Virus record (IMG/VR): IMGVR_UViG_3300017774_000740
Coordinates: 1 to 36,446 of that record
Reading direction: 5' to 3' (one strand)
DNA from: a virus
Lineage: Duplodnaviria > Caudoviricetes
DNA length: 36,446 bases
Under the pieces are notes generated by a model. The model saw only the letters and a list, made by a program, of their open reading frames with translations, had not been told where the DNA came from and did not search any database. Within the stretch, counting starts at the first letter, position 1, and every line of letters begins with the position of its first letter. The translations under genes were made by a program, and so were the position numbers. Positions 1-7,672 of the stretch are shown here, in pieces.

Positions 1-117
1 GAGACACGCCTCAAGCTGCTTGCCAAGTGGAATCCGAAGAAGTACGGCGATAGAGCGCAGTTGGACCACGGCGGCGGAATCGTTCTGAACGTCGTGACAA
101 ATGTCCCACGCGACTAG
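1..117 (+). CDS. terS: Terminase small subunit, C-terminal part (5' truncated)
   Basis: Frame 1 reads ETRLKLLAKWNPKKYGDRAQLDHGGGIVLNVVTNVPRD*; TR..L.K..PKKYGD is typical of Sf6-like TerS; overlaps the terL start. Not in the ORF track. Confidence 0.85.
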   Translation, partial: ETRLKLLAKWNPKKYGDRAQLDHGGGIVLNVVTNVPRD

Positions 118-1435
118 ACTCAACGTTGAGTTCCCATACGCGCCCAGACCGTGGCAAAAGGATTGCCACAGGACCAAGGCCAGGTTCAAGGTGCTGGCTT
201 TGCATCGCCGCGCCGGCAAGACTGAACTAGCACTGATGGAACTGTTGGACCACGCTGTTAAGTGCAGGCTGGACCTAGGGTTCTATGTGTATTTGGCCCC
301 ATTCCTCAAGCAAGCGAAAGCGATTGCGTGGGCTAGGTTGAAGCAGAAACTTGATCCGTTCTTGAGGGCCGGCGCTATTGACGTGAACGAGGCTGACCTG
401 GCGGTGACATTCAAGCACAACAAGGCCACTATCCGCCTCTTCGGTGGAGACAACCCGGACGCCTTGCGTGGCGTGCGCCTGGATGGCGTGGTCATTGACG
501 AGGTTGCCAACATCAGACCAGAGGTTTGGAACGACATCATCCAGCCGGCGCTGTCGGACCGTAAGGGCTGGGCGTTGTTCATCGGAACTCCGGCAGGAAT
601 CAACCTGTTCAGCGAGTTGTTCTACCGGGCCAGCAGCCTGCCTGACTGGTACGCGACCCGCTACACGGTGCATGACACAGACGCGCTAGACCCAGAGGAG
701 GTGTCGCGCCTTGAGCGCGATATGCCAGAGACGGCGTTCGCACGCGAGTATTTGTGTGACTTCAGCGCGGCTGGCAGCGATCAGCTCATCAGCATGTCGG
801 ACGTTGAGGCGGCGTCCAAACTGGTCTACCTGGACGGCGATGTGATTGAATTTCCGCTCGTCGTCGGCGTCGATCCTGCCCGGTTTGGTGATGACCGTAG
901 CGTGATTGTGGTTCGCCAGGGCTTACGCATGGAAAAACCGATGATTCACCACGGTGTTGACAACATGCAACTGGCCGGACTTGTGGCGCAGGTCATTGAT
1001 GACCGCGACCCGGACGCCGTGTTTATCGACGTGGGTGGCGGTGCAGGAGTCATTGACCGTTTGCGCCACTTGGATTACTACATCGTGGAGGTGCCATTCG
1101 GTAGCAAGGCGAACCAGCCTAACCTTTTCGTAAACCGCCGTGCCGAGATGTGGTGGCAGGTCAAGGAGTGGCTCGGCAATGGCGGCAGCATCCCCAATGA
1201 CACGGCACTGAAGGCGGAACTGTCAACGCCAACCTATTGGTTTGACGCCGTTGGCAAACGATGCCTGGAGTCGAAGGATGAAATCAAGAAAAGGTTGCAG
1301 GGCGGCGGCAGCCCAGACATCGCAGATGCGCTGGCGTTGACATTTGCATATCCGGTGGCAAAGCAACTACCGAGAGAGGTGCGCGAGAAGATCGACACCA
1401 GTCCCAAGGATTACGATCCATACGAGTCAATGTAG
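101..1435 (+). CDS. terL: Terminase large subunit
   Basis: Adenine-binding PRPWQ, Walker A HRRAGKT, Walker B VVIDE, coupling motif IGTP, RNase H-like nuclease VGVDPARFGDD and SPDIADALAL. Confidence 0.97.
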   Translation: MSHATRLNVEFPYAPRPWQKDCHRTKARFKVLALHRRAGKTELALMELLDHAVKCRLDLGFYVYLAPFLKQAKAIAWARLKQKLDPFLRAGAIDVNEADLAVTFKHNKATIRLFGGDNPDALRGVRLDGVVIDEVANIRPEVWNDIIQPALSDRKGWALFIGTPAGINLFSELFYRASSLPDWYATRYTVHDTDALDPEEVSRLERDMPETAFAREYLCDFSAAGSDQLISMSDVEAASKLVYLDGDVIEFPLVVGVDPARFGDDRSVIVVRQGLRMEKPMIHHGVDNMQLAGLVAQVIDDRDPDAVFIDVGGGAGVIDRLRHLDYYIVEVPFGSKANQPNLFVNRRAEMWWQVKEWLGNGGSIPNDTALKAELSTPTYWFDAVGKRCLESKDEIKKRLQGGGSPDIADALALTFAYPVAKQLPREVREKIDTSPKDYDPYESM

Positions 1436-1467
1436 GTGCCCGTAGTGACCGAAAAAATCAATACCGT
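1435..1467 (+). promoter_or_regulatory. Putative late promoter 1 (GGTGCCCGTA-N17-TACCGT)
   Basis: Exact 10-mer at 1435-1444, 17-nt spacer, TAnnnT at 1462-1467; same geometry at 4093 and 22013. Confidence 0.75.
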
Positions 1468-1482
1468 TCGCCGCAGGTTTCC

Positions 1483-1932
1483 ATGATTCGTGATGCAACA
1501 GAAGCGGACCATGATGCCATTGTGGTTATGTATCGGCAATTCATGGCGTTCACACCCTACGCGGACGTGCTAACGGCTACCGATGAAGAGATCAGCGCCA
1601 CAATCCGGCACTTCATCGCGCACGCCAAGGTGTTCGTCGCAGACACCGACTGCACAATCTCCGGCCTGTTGGTCGCCGTGCTGTCGCCAGCCTGGTACGC
1701 CCCAAGGCACACAATTGCAACGGAACTGGCATGGTGGGTGGCACCGGAACACCGCAAAGGAACGGCAGCAATCAGGCTCATTCAAGCATTTGAGCAATGG
1801 GCGAAAGACAGTGGAGCCAGCATGATTAGCATGACAAATCTGCAAATCAATGATGGCGGTTCGGTTGAAAAAATGTTGCGTCGAATGGGCTACGCAATGA
1901 CGGAACAGGCACACACGAAAGGACTTATCTAA
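1483..1932 (+). CDS. GNAT-family acetyltransferase
   Basis: MIRDAT start, motif A-like WWVAPEHRKGTAAIRLI, C-terminal LRRMGY; 149 aa. Confidence 0.85.
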   Translation: MIRDATEADHDAIVVMYRQFMAFTPYADVLTATDEEISATIRHFIAHAKVFVADTDCTISGLLVAVLSPAWYAPRHTIATELAWWVAPEHRKGTAAIRLIQAFEQWAKDSGASMISMTNLQINDGGSVEKMLRRMGYAMTEQAHTKGLI

Positions 1933-2288
1933 TGGCAATTGGAACGACAGCAGCAATCGTCGGCGCATTGGCCGCGTCCGCAGCAGCAGCAGCGGCAGGA
2001 ACCGGCTACGCCATTTATGCTGGTGAGCAGGGCAAGAAGGCGCAGAAGGAAGCCATGAATCGGCAAAGCGCGATGCAGGCTCAGGCTACGCAGCAGGCAC
2101 AGCAGCAGGCAACGGCATCGCAAGTTGCCATTCGTCGCAGCCAGCAGCAATCACCAGATGTTGCAAGCATCATGGCTGCGGCACAAGAAACTGGCACTGG
2201 CGGTCCTGCCTCCACAATGCTGACTGGTCCTGCGGGAATTGATCCTTCGCAGTTGACGCTCGGACGAAACACGCTTCTTGGAGGTTGA
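1932..2288 (+). CDS. Small Ala/Gln-rich virion (ejection-like) protein
   Basis: Hydrophobic Ala/Gly N-terminus, Gln-rich coiled coil, C-terminal STMLTG...GRNTLLGG typical of the gene upstream of the portal in this phage group; TAATG overlap with the GNAT. Confidence 0.65.
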   Translation: MAIGTTAAIVGALAASAAAAAAGTGYAIYAGEQGKKAQKEAMNRQSAMQAQATQQAQQQATASQVAIRRSQQQSPDVASIMAAAQETGTGGPASTMLTGPAGIDPSQLTLGRNTLLGG

Positions 2289-2290
2289 TA

Positions 2291-4009
2291 TTGAGCGAAT
2301 ACCCAGGCAATAACAGGTCGTACAACAACGCGCCACAGCGCGACAGGCTGTTTACGCGCTGGGGTCAACTCAAGAGCGAGCGTGCCTCGTGGTTCGCGCA
2401 TTGGCAGGAAATCACGTCATACCTCTTGCCACGAAACGGTCGCTACTTCCGCCAGGATCGCGATAAGGGATGGCGACGACACAACAACATCTACGATAAC
2501 ACCGGAACCCGTGCGCTCCGAACACTCGGTGCAGGCATGATGGCTGGTGCCACGTCTCCGGCGCGGCAGTGGTTCAGACTCGCAACGCCGGATCCTGAAC
2601 TGAACTCATACCAGCCCGTCAAGATGTGGCTGGATGATGTGACCAAGCGAATGCAGTTGGTGTTCCAGAAGTCGAACACATACCGCAGTCTGCACATGAT
2701 GTACGAGGAGTTGGGAGCATTCGGAACCGCCGCCAGCATCGTGCTTCCAGACTTCAACAACGTCATCCACCATTACCCTCTGACCTGTGGCGAATACTGC
2801 ATTTCGACCGATGCGCAGGGCCGAGTCTGCACGCTCTACCGAGAGTTTGAGATGACGGTCAGTCAGATGGTCAAGGAATTTGGTTACGACAACTGTTCTA
2901 CTAGCGTGCAGAACATGTACGACACAGGCACGCTTGATACGTGGGTTCCCGTGATCCACGCTATTGAGCCGCGCATGGACCGAGACATGACCAAGCGCGA
3001 TAGCAAGAACATGCCGTTCGGATCGTGGTACTTTGAGGTTGGAGGCGAGGATGGCGTGTTCCTGCGTGAGAGCGGTTTCACGTACTTCCCTGCGCTAGTG
3101 CCGCGTTGGGCTACCGCCGGCGGCGACATCTACGGAAACAGCCCTGGCATGGAGGCTCTCGGCGATGTCAAGCAGCTCCAGCATGAGCAACTTCGCAAGG
3201 CGCAGGCCATCGACTACCAGACGAAGCCGCCGCTTCAGGTTCCGACGAGCATGAAGAACCGGGATGTGGAAACGCTGCCGGGTGGCATCTCGTTCGTGGA
3301 TGGAGCCAGCATGGGCATCAAGACCGCGTTTGAGGTGAATCTCAACCTGAACTACCTGCTGGCCGATATCCAAGATGTGCGCGAGCGCGTCCGTGGATCG
3401 TTCTACGCAGATCTGTTCCTCATGCTCGCGAATGCACCATACACCCGCATGACCGCAACCGAGGTCGCAGAGCGACATGAGGAAAAACTCCTGATGCTGG
3501 GGCCAGTCCTTGAACGTCTGCACAATGAACTGCTGGACCCGCTGGTTGAAATTACCTTCACGCAAATGATCCAGTCCGGAGCGGTTCCACCACCTCCGGA
3601 AGAGTTGCAGGGCATGGACCTGAACGTGGAGTTTGTTTCGATGTTGGCTCAGGCACAGCGTGCCATCGGCACGAACGCAGTGGATCGGTTCGTTGGCAAC
3701 CTTGGCGCAATCGCGCAGATGAAGCCGGACATCCTTGACAAGTTCGACAGCGATCAGTGGGCCGACATTTACGCCGATATGCTTGGCGTTGATCCGTCGC
3801 TAATCATTGCAGATAAGGATGTTGCAATGGTTCGCGGTGCCCGCAACCAGGCGATGGCCGCCAAGGAACAGATGGCGGTTATGAATCAGCAGTCGCAGAC
3901 GGCCAAGAACCTGGCGCAGTCTCCGACGGGACCGGGCCAGCAGAACGGTTTGACCGATGTGATGAACATGTTCTCTGGGTACGGTTCACCATCTGCATTG
4001 GAGCTTTGA
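2291..4009 (+). CDS. Portal (head-tail connector; Bbp21/T7 gp8-like)
   Basis: NIYDNTG, YGNSPGMEALGD, MTATEVAERHEEKLLMLGPVLERL motifs. TTG at 2291 preferred because GGAGG lies just upstream; the track starts at 2285. Confidence 0.95.
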   Translation: MSEYPGNNRSYNNAPQRDRLFTRWGQLKSERASWFAHWQEITSYLLPRNGRYFRQDRDKGWRRHNNIYDNTGTRALRTLGAGMMAGATSPARQWFRLATPDPELNSYQPVKMWLDDVTKRMQLVFQKSNTYRSLHMMYEELGAFGTAASIVLPDFNNVIHHYPLTCGEYCISTDAQGRVCTLYREFEMTVSQMVKEFGYDNCSTSVQNMYDTGTLDTWVPVIHAIEPRMDRDMTKRDSKNMPFGSWYFEVGGEDGVFLRESGFTYFPALVPRWATAGGDIYGNSPGMEALGDVKQLQHEQLRKAQAIDYQTKPPLQVPTSMKNRDVETLPGGISFVDGASMGIKTAFEVNLNLNYLLADIQDVRERVRGSFYADLFLMLANAPYTRMTATEVAERHEEKLLMLGPVLERLHNELLDPLVEITFTQMIQSGAVPPPPEELQGMDLNVEFVSMLAQAQRAIGTNAVDRFVGNLGAIAQMKPDILDKFDSDQWADIYADMLGVDPSLIIADKDVAMVRGARNQAMAAKEQMAVMNQQSQTAKNLAQSPTGPGQQNGLTDVMNMFSGYGSPSALEL

Positions 4010-4016
4010 AATAGCA

Positions 4017-4091
4017 ATGATCAACACGAAACTTGAGATTGAACAGGCCGGAACAATGGATGCTGCGGCAACCATGCTCTACGGCGGATGA
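4017..4091 (+). pseudogene. 24-codon mini-ORF, probable internally deleted remnant of a minor head gene
   Basis: MINTKLEIEQAGTMDAAATMLYGG*; upstream ATA GCA ATG ATC AAC resembles a decayed MAMIN start; stop abuts late promoter 2. Confidence 0.4.
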
Positions 4092-4092
4092 C

Positions 4093-4125
4093 GGTGCCCG
4101 TAGGAAATCAGTAACTCCATAAAGT
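4093..4125 (+). promoter_or_regulatory. Putative late promoter 2 (GGTGCCCGTA-N17-TAAAGT)
   Basis: Exact 10-mer at 4093-4102, 17-nt spacer, TAAAGT at 4120-4125, then 6 nt to the GTG start at 4132. Confidence 0.78.
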
Positions 4126-4131
4126 TCCGCC

Positions 4132-4479
4132 GTGAGCAATTATGATCCGCTTGACCTGCGCAGCCAGGAACGCAGCAAAGCAGAACGCGAACTGCGCGAA
4201 CGGCTGGCTCGGGAGAATGAAGAAGCGGATATCAAGTGGCTCATGGGCAACAAGCGAGGCCGTCGCATCATTTGGCGGCTTCTGGATCATGCAGGAGTGT
4301 TCCGTTCGTCGTTCAACACCAACGCGATGGCAATGTCATTCGCCGAAGGTCACAGGAACTACGGACTTCGCATTCTGTCCATGATCCATTCGCAGTGCCC
4401 CGAACTGTATCCAACCATGATGAAGGAGCAGACAGCAGATGAACGAATCAACGATGATGGAAGCCGCAACTCCAACTAA
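4132..4479 (+). CDS. Bbp19-like head assembly protein
   Basis: DIKWLM...GRRIIWRLL...GVFRSSF...MSFAEGHRNYGL pattern; located between portal and scaffold. Confidence 0.8.
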   Translation: MSNYDPLDLRSQERSKAERELRERLARENEEADIKWLMGNKRGRRIIWRLLDHAGVFRSSFNTNAMAMSFAEGHRNYGLRILSMIHSQCPELYPTMMKEQTADERINDDGSRNSN

Positions 4480-5113
4480 CGGCTCCCAAGCATCTTCGGC
4501 ACCTGAAAGCACCACTGCGACGGCAGAGGCGCTGTATGGTGATGGGCAGAAGGCAACTGCGTCGAAGGACTCTCCAGCCGCCGCGCCGGCCACGGAGAAC
4601 AAGGCTACGGATAACAAGACGGAACCCAAGGCCGAAGCGCCGAAGGCTCCTGAACAGTACGAATTCAAAGCGCCTGAAGGCCGCGAATTCGACTCGGAGG
4701 TAGTGAAGAACTTCTCCGAGGTTGCCCGTGAATTGAACCTGACGCAGGATGCCGCGCAGAAGATTCTTGATCGGATGGGGCCAACGCTGGCCAGCCGTCA
4801 AGAATCTCAGGTCAAGGCCATTCGTGGCGAGTGGGTTGCATCGGCTAGGTCCGATCAGGAGTTCGGCGGCGACAAGCTTGCCGAGAACCTGTCCACCGCC
4901 AAGAAGGCTCTTGACACGTTCGGATCGTCCGAACTTCGCACGCTGCTCAACACGTCTGGCCTGGGCGATCACCCGGAAGTAATCCGGTTCATGTACCGCG
5001 CAGGCAAGGCAATCAGTGAGGATCGGATCGTCACCGGAAGCGTCGGACAGGCCAAGAACGGCCCGAAGACATTCGGTGATCTAGCCGATGCTCTGTATCC
5101 AACCAACACCTAA
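4439..5113 (+). CDS. Capsid scaffolding protein
   Basis: Low-complexity N-terminus, APEQYEF, ARELNLTQDAAQK, DQEFGG, GLGDHPEVIR; directly upstream of the MCP. Confidence 0.85.
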   Translation: MNESTMMEAATPTNGSQASSAPESTTATAEALYGDGQKATASKDSPAAAPATENKATDNKTEPKAEAPKAPEQYEFKAPEGREFDSEVVKNFSEVARELNLTQDAAQKILDRMGPTLASRQESQVKAIRGEWVASARSDQEFGGDKLAENLSTAKKALDTFGSSELRTLLNTSGLGDHPEVIRFMYRAGKAISEDRIVTGSVGQAKNGPKTFGDLADALYPTNT

Positions 5114-5134
5114 TTCCACGAAAGGGAATTTCCA

Positions 5135-6157
5135 ATGGCAGTGCTTACTTCCAACAACCTTACGCTGGCCGATTGGGCCAAGCGCACCGATCCCGAGGGC
5201 CGCGTTCCGGTCATCGCGGAACTGCTGTCCCAGAGCAATGAGATCCTTGAGGACTGCGTGTTCAAGGAGGGCAACTTGCCCACCGGCGAGCGCGTCGTGA
5301 TCCGCACTGGTCTGCCCGCCGTCTACTGGCGTGCGCTGAACCAGGGCATTCCGAACAGCCGTTCGACCACCGCACAGGTGGACGAGGCTTGCGGAATCCT
5401 TGAGGCTCGCAGCGAAGTGGACAAGGACCTGGCAATGCTGAACGGCAACACCGCTCAGTTCCGTCTGTCCGAAGACGTTGCCTTCCTTGAGGCCATGAAT
5501 CAGACTCAGGCCACGACCATGTTCTATGGCAACCCCGCCATTGAGCCGAAGTCGTTCCTCGGTCTGGCTGCGCGTTACTCTGCGACGCCCGGTTCGACTG
5601 GCATCGGTCAGAACATCATCGAAGGTGGCGGCTCCGGCAGCGACAACACCTCGGTGTACCTCGTTGTTTGGGGCGACAACACCGTTTATTGCCCGTTCCC
5701 GAAGGGTTCGACCGCTGGCCTCATGCACGAGGATCTCGGTGAGCAGACCGTGTATGACGGCAATAACCGTCTTCAGGCGTATGCGACCCGTTACCAGTGG
5801 AAGAACGGTTTGGTCGTGAAGGATTGGCGCTACGTCGTTCGCATCGCGAACATCGACGCCAGCGACATGTCCAACGCGAGCAACACGCAGGCTTCCAGCG
5901 CGGCCACGCAGCTCATCAAGCTGATGACTCGTTCTCTGTACCGAATCCCGAACATGGCGATGGGCCGTGCGGCTTTCTACATGAACCGCACCGTTCACGG
6001 CGGCCTGTCCATCCAGGCGATGGATCGCGCCCAGAACGTGCTGTCCGTGCAGCAGGGTCTGTCGCAGTTCGGTACCCCCTATTCGTGGCTGTCGTTCCTC
6101 GGCGTTCCGTGCCGCCGTGTCGATGCCCTCATCAACGCAGAAGCCCGCCTTACCTAA
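5135..6157 (+). CDS. Major capsid protein (HK97 fold; Bbp17/epsilon15 gp7-like)
   Basis: LTLADWAKR, ELLSQSNEILED, RTGLP..WR.LNQG, SEVDKDLA, GLVVKDWRYVVRIANID; strongest codon bias in the window. Confidence 0.95.
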   Translation: MAVLTSNNLTLADWAKRTDPEGRVPVIAELLSQSNEILEDCVFKEGNLPTGERVVIRTGLPAVYWRALNQGIPNSRSTTAQVDEACGILEARSEVDKDLAMLNGNTAQFRLSEDVAFLEAMNQTQATTMFYGNPAIEPKSFLGLAARYSATPGSTGIGQNIIEGGGSGSDNTSVYLVVWGDNTVYCPFPKGSTAGLMHEDLGEQTVYDGNNRLQAYATRYQWKNGLVVKDWRYVVRIANIDASDMSNASNTQASSAATQLIKLMTRSLYRIPNMAMGRAAFYMNRTVHGGLSIQAMDRAQNVLSVQQGLSQFGTPYSWLSFLGVPCRRVDALINAEARLT

Positions 6158-6181
6158 GAGGTAAAGCAGAAAGGACACACA

Positions 6182-6700
6182 ATGATTCTTGATCAGAACC
6201 TTCGCCTCGGCAATACCGGAGCGATCACTACCGCCGGCACGTATATCACTGGTACCTCGGGTACCCCGGATGTCGTTGACCTTCAGAGCAACACCGCTTA
6301 TACCGCCACGATTAGCGGCTCGCTCTACACGGTCGGCCAGGGCACCCAGAACCGAGACCTCGGTGCTGGCAATGACCTGAATGTTATCTTCACCGTCACG
6401 ACCGCGCTTGCTGGCGGTACGAACGCGACGTTCCAGGTGGTTGCTTCCTCGTCCGCCACGCTTGCCTCCGGCAATATCGTGGTCGGCGAAGTCTCCCCCA
6501 TCGTGCTTGCGGACCTTACTCTCGGCCGTCAGGTCGTTGTCAAGATCAGCCCTCAGCAGATCGCGGCAACCAAGCTTCGGTATCTTGGCGCTCAGGTCGT
6601 GACCACTGGTACACACACTGCTGGCGTCATCAGCGCCGACATCGTGCTGGACATCCAGGATGGTCGTGCGGTGTACGCGTCAGGCTTCACGGTCGCTTGA
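6182..6700 (+). CDS. Capsid cement/decoration protein (Bbp16-like)
   Basis: MILDQNL start, DVVDL...RDLGAG, RYLG...GTHTAG.ISA.IV.D pattern; follows the MCP with AAGGA RBS. Confidence 0.85.
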   Translation: MILDQNLRLGNTGAITTAGTYITGTSGTPDVVDLQSNTAYTATISGSLYTVGQGTQNRDLGAGNDLNVIFTVTTALAGGTNATFQVVASSSATLASGNIVVGEVSPIVLADLTLGRQVVVKISPQQIAATKLRYLGAQVVTTGTHTAGVISADIVLDIQDGRAVYASGFTVA

Positions 6701-6712
6701 TAGGAGTAATCC

Positions 6713-6919
6713 ATGCCCAAGTATCGCGCAAAGGTCAAGTGCTTCGTGGACAATGGACTGCGGGAAGTTGGCGATGTGTTTGAGTACAACGGCCCACAGA
6801 ACAGAAATCTTGAGCGCGTCGGGTCTGAACCCGAACCTGTTGAGCAGGAGGATTCGGTACCGGCGCTGCGCCGGCCCGGTCGGCCTCGCAAGACGGCGAT
6901 TACTGAACGCATGGACTGA
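6713..6919 (+). CDS. Small hypothetical head-region protein with C-terminal RRPGRPRK motif
   Basis: AGGAG RBS; YRAKVKCFVDNGLREVGDVFEY N-terminus; AT-hook-like tail. Confidence 0.75.
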   Translation: MPKYRAKVKCFVDNGLREVGDVFEYNGPQNRNLERVGSEPEPVEQEDSVPALRRPGRPRKTAITERMD

Positions 6920-6941
6920 CGGTTACTGAACTGGTGTACAA

Positions 6942-6971
6942 GGAGGGTGGTCGGGCAACCGGCCACCCTCC
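6942..6971 (+). terminator. Strong hairpin after the head genes (attenuator or mRNA stabiliser)
   Basis: GGAGGGTGGTCGG-GCAA-CCGGCCACCCTCC: 13-bp stem with one G-U and a GNRA loop; no U tract follows. Confidence 0.6.
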
Positions 6972-6988
6972 ATCACTAGGAGGCAGGT

Positions 6989-7669
6989 ATGGCATCAGAA
7001 GTCGAAATCTGCAATTTGGCACTCGCGCACCTTGGCGATGAGGCAACAGTCGCCAGCATTGATCCGCCGGAAGGATCGGCGCAGGCGGAGCATTGCGCCC
7101 GCTTCTATCCGATTGCCCGCGACGGGCTGCTCCAAATGCATCCGTGGAACTTCGCGTCCCGCCGCGTGTCGCTAGCATCTGTCACGATGCCGTACACGAT
7201 GTGGCAGTACGCATACGCATGTCCTGGCGATATGATGGTGGCCGTGTCCGTGCTGCCGCCAGAGGCAGAGAACGATTACGCGGTGCGTGCGTATCCCGCC
7301 GACCGACACGGTTTCGGAGCTACGAATCCGCCCATCACTAACGCTGGCGTGTATGTGCCGCAGGAATACGTGATTGAGACGGACACGCTTGGCAACAAGG
7401 TCATCTACACGAACCAAGAGAACGCGCTGCTTCGATATCAGGCGCTCGTGACGGACCCGACCAAGTTCGATCCGCTGTTTGTTATGGCCTTGTCATGGCA
7501 CCTTGCCGGCATGCTGGCAGGTCCGGTCATCAAGGGCGGTGAGGGAGCGGCAGAAGGCAAGCGTTGCGCACAAATGATGCTTGCGTACTTGCAGCAGGCC
7601 CGTGCATCCGACGCCAACCAGCGCAACGTACGTCCCGAACACATCACGACCTGGATGAGCGGACGGTAA
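6989..7669 (+). CDS. Tail adaptor (tail tubular protein A-like)
   Basis: MASEVEICNLALAHLG, HPWNFA.RR, WQYAY..P.D, FDPLF..AL...LA motifs; AGGAGG RBS. Confidence 0.88.
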   Translation: MASEVEICNLALAHLGDEATVASIDPPEGSAQAEHCARFYPIARDGLLQMHPWNFASRRVSLASVTMPYTMWQYAYACPGDMMVAVSVLPPEAENDYAVRAYPADRHGFGATNPPITNAGVYVPQEYVIETDTLGNKVIYTNQENALLRYQALVTDPTKFDPLFVMALSWHLAGMLAGPVIKGGEGAAEGKRCAQMMLAYLQQARASDANQRNVRPEHITTWMSGR

Positions 7670-7672
7670 ATC

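Noticed and set aside
1408-4155. Shared YDP motif at the TerL C-terminus (DYDPY) and Bbp19-like N-terminus (NYDPL)
   Set aside because: Three-residue match; too short to support a shared portal-docking motif without alignments.
5081-6616. 511-aa antisense ORF over the capsid and cement genes
   Set aside because: Shadow ORF from strong codon bias and in-frame sense genes; no protein-like motifs or RBS.
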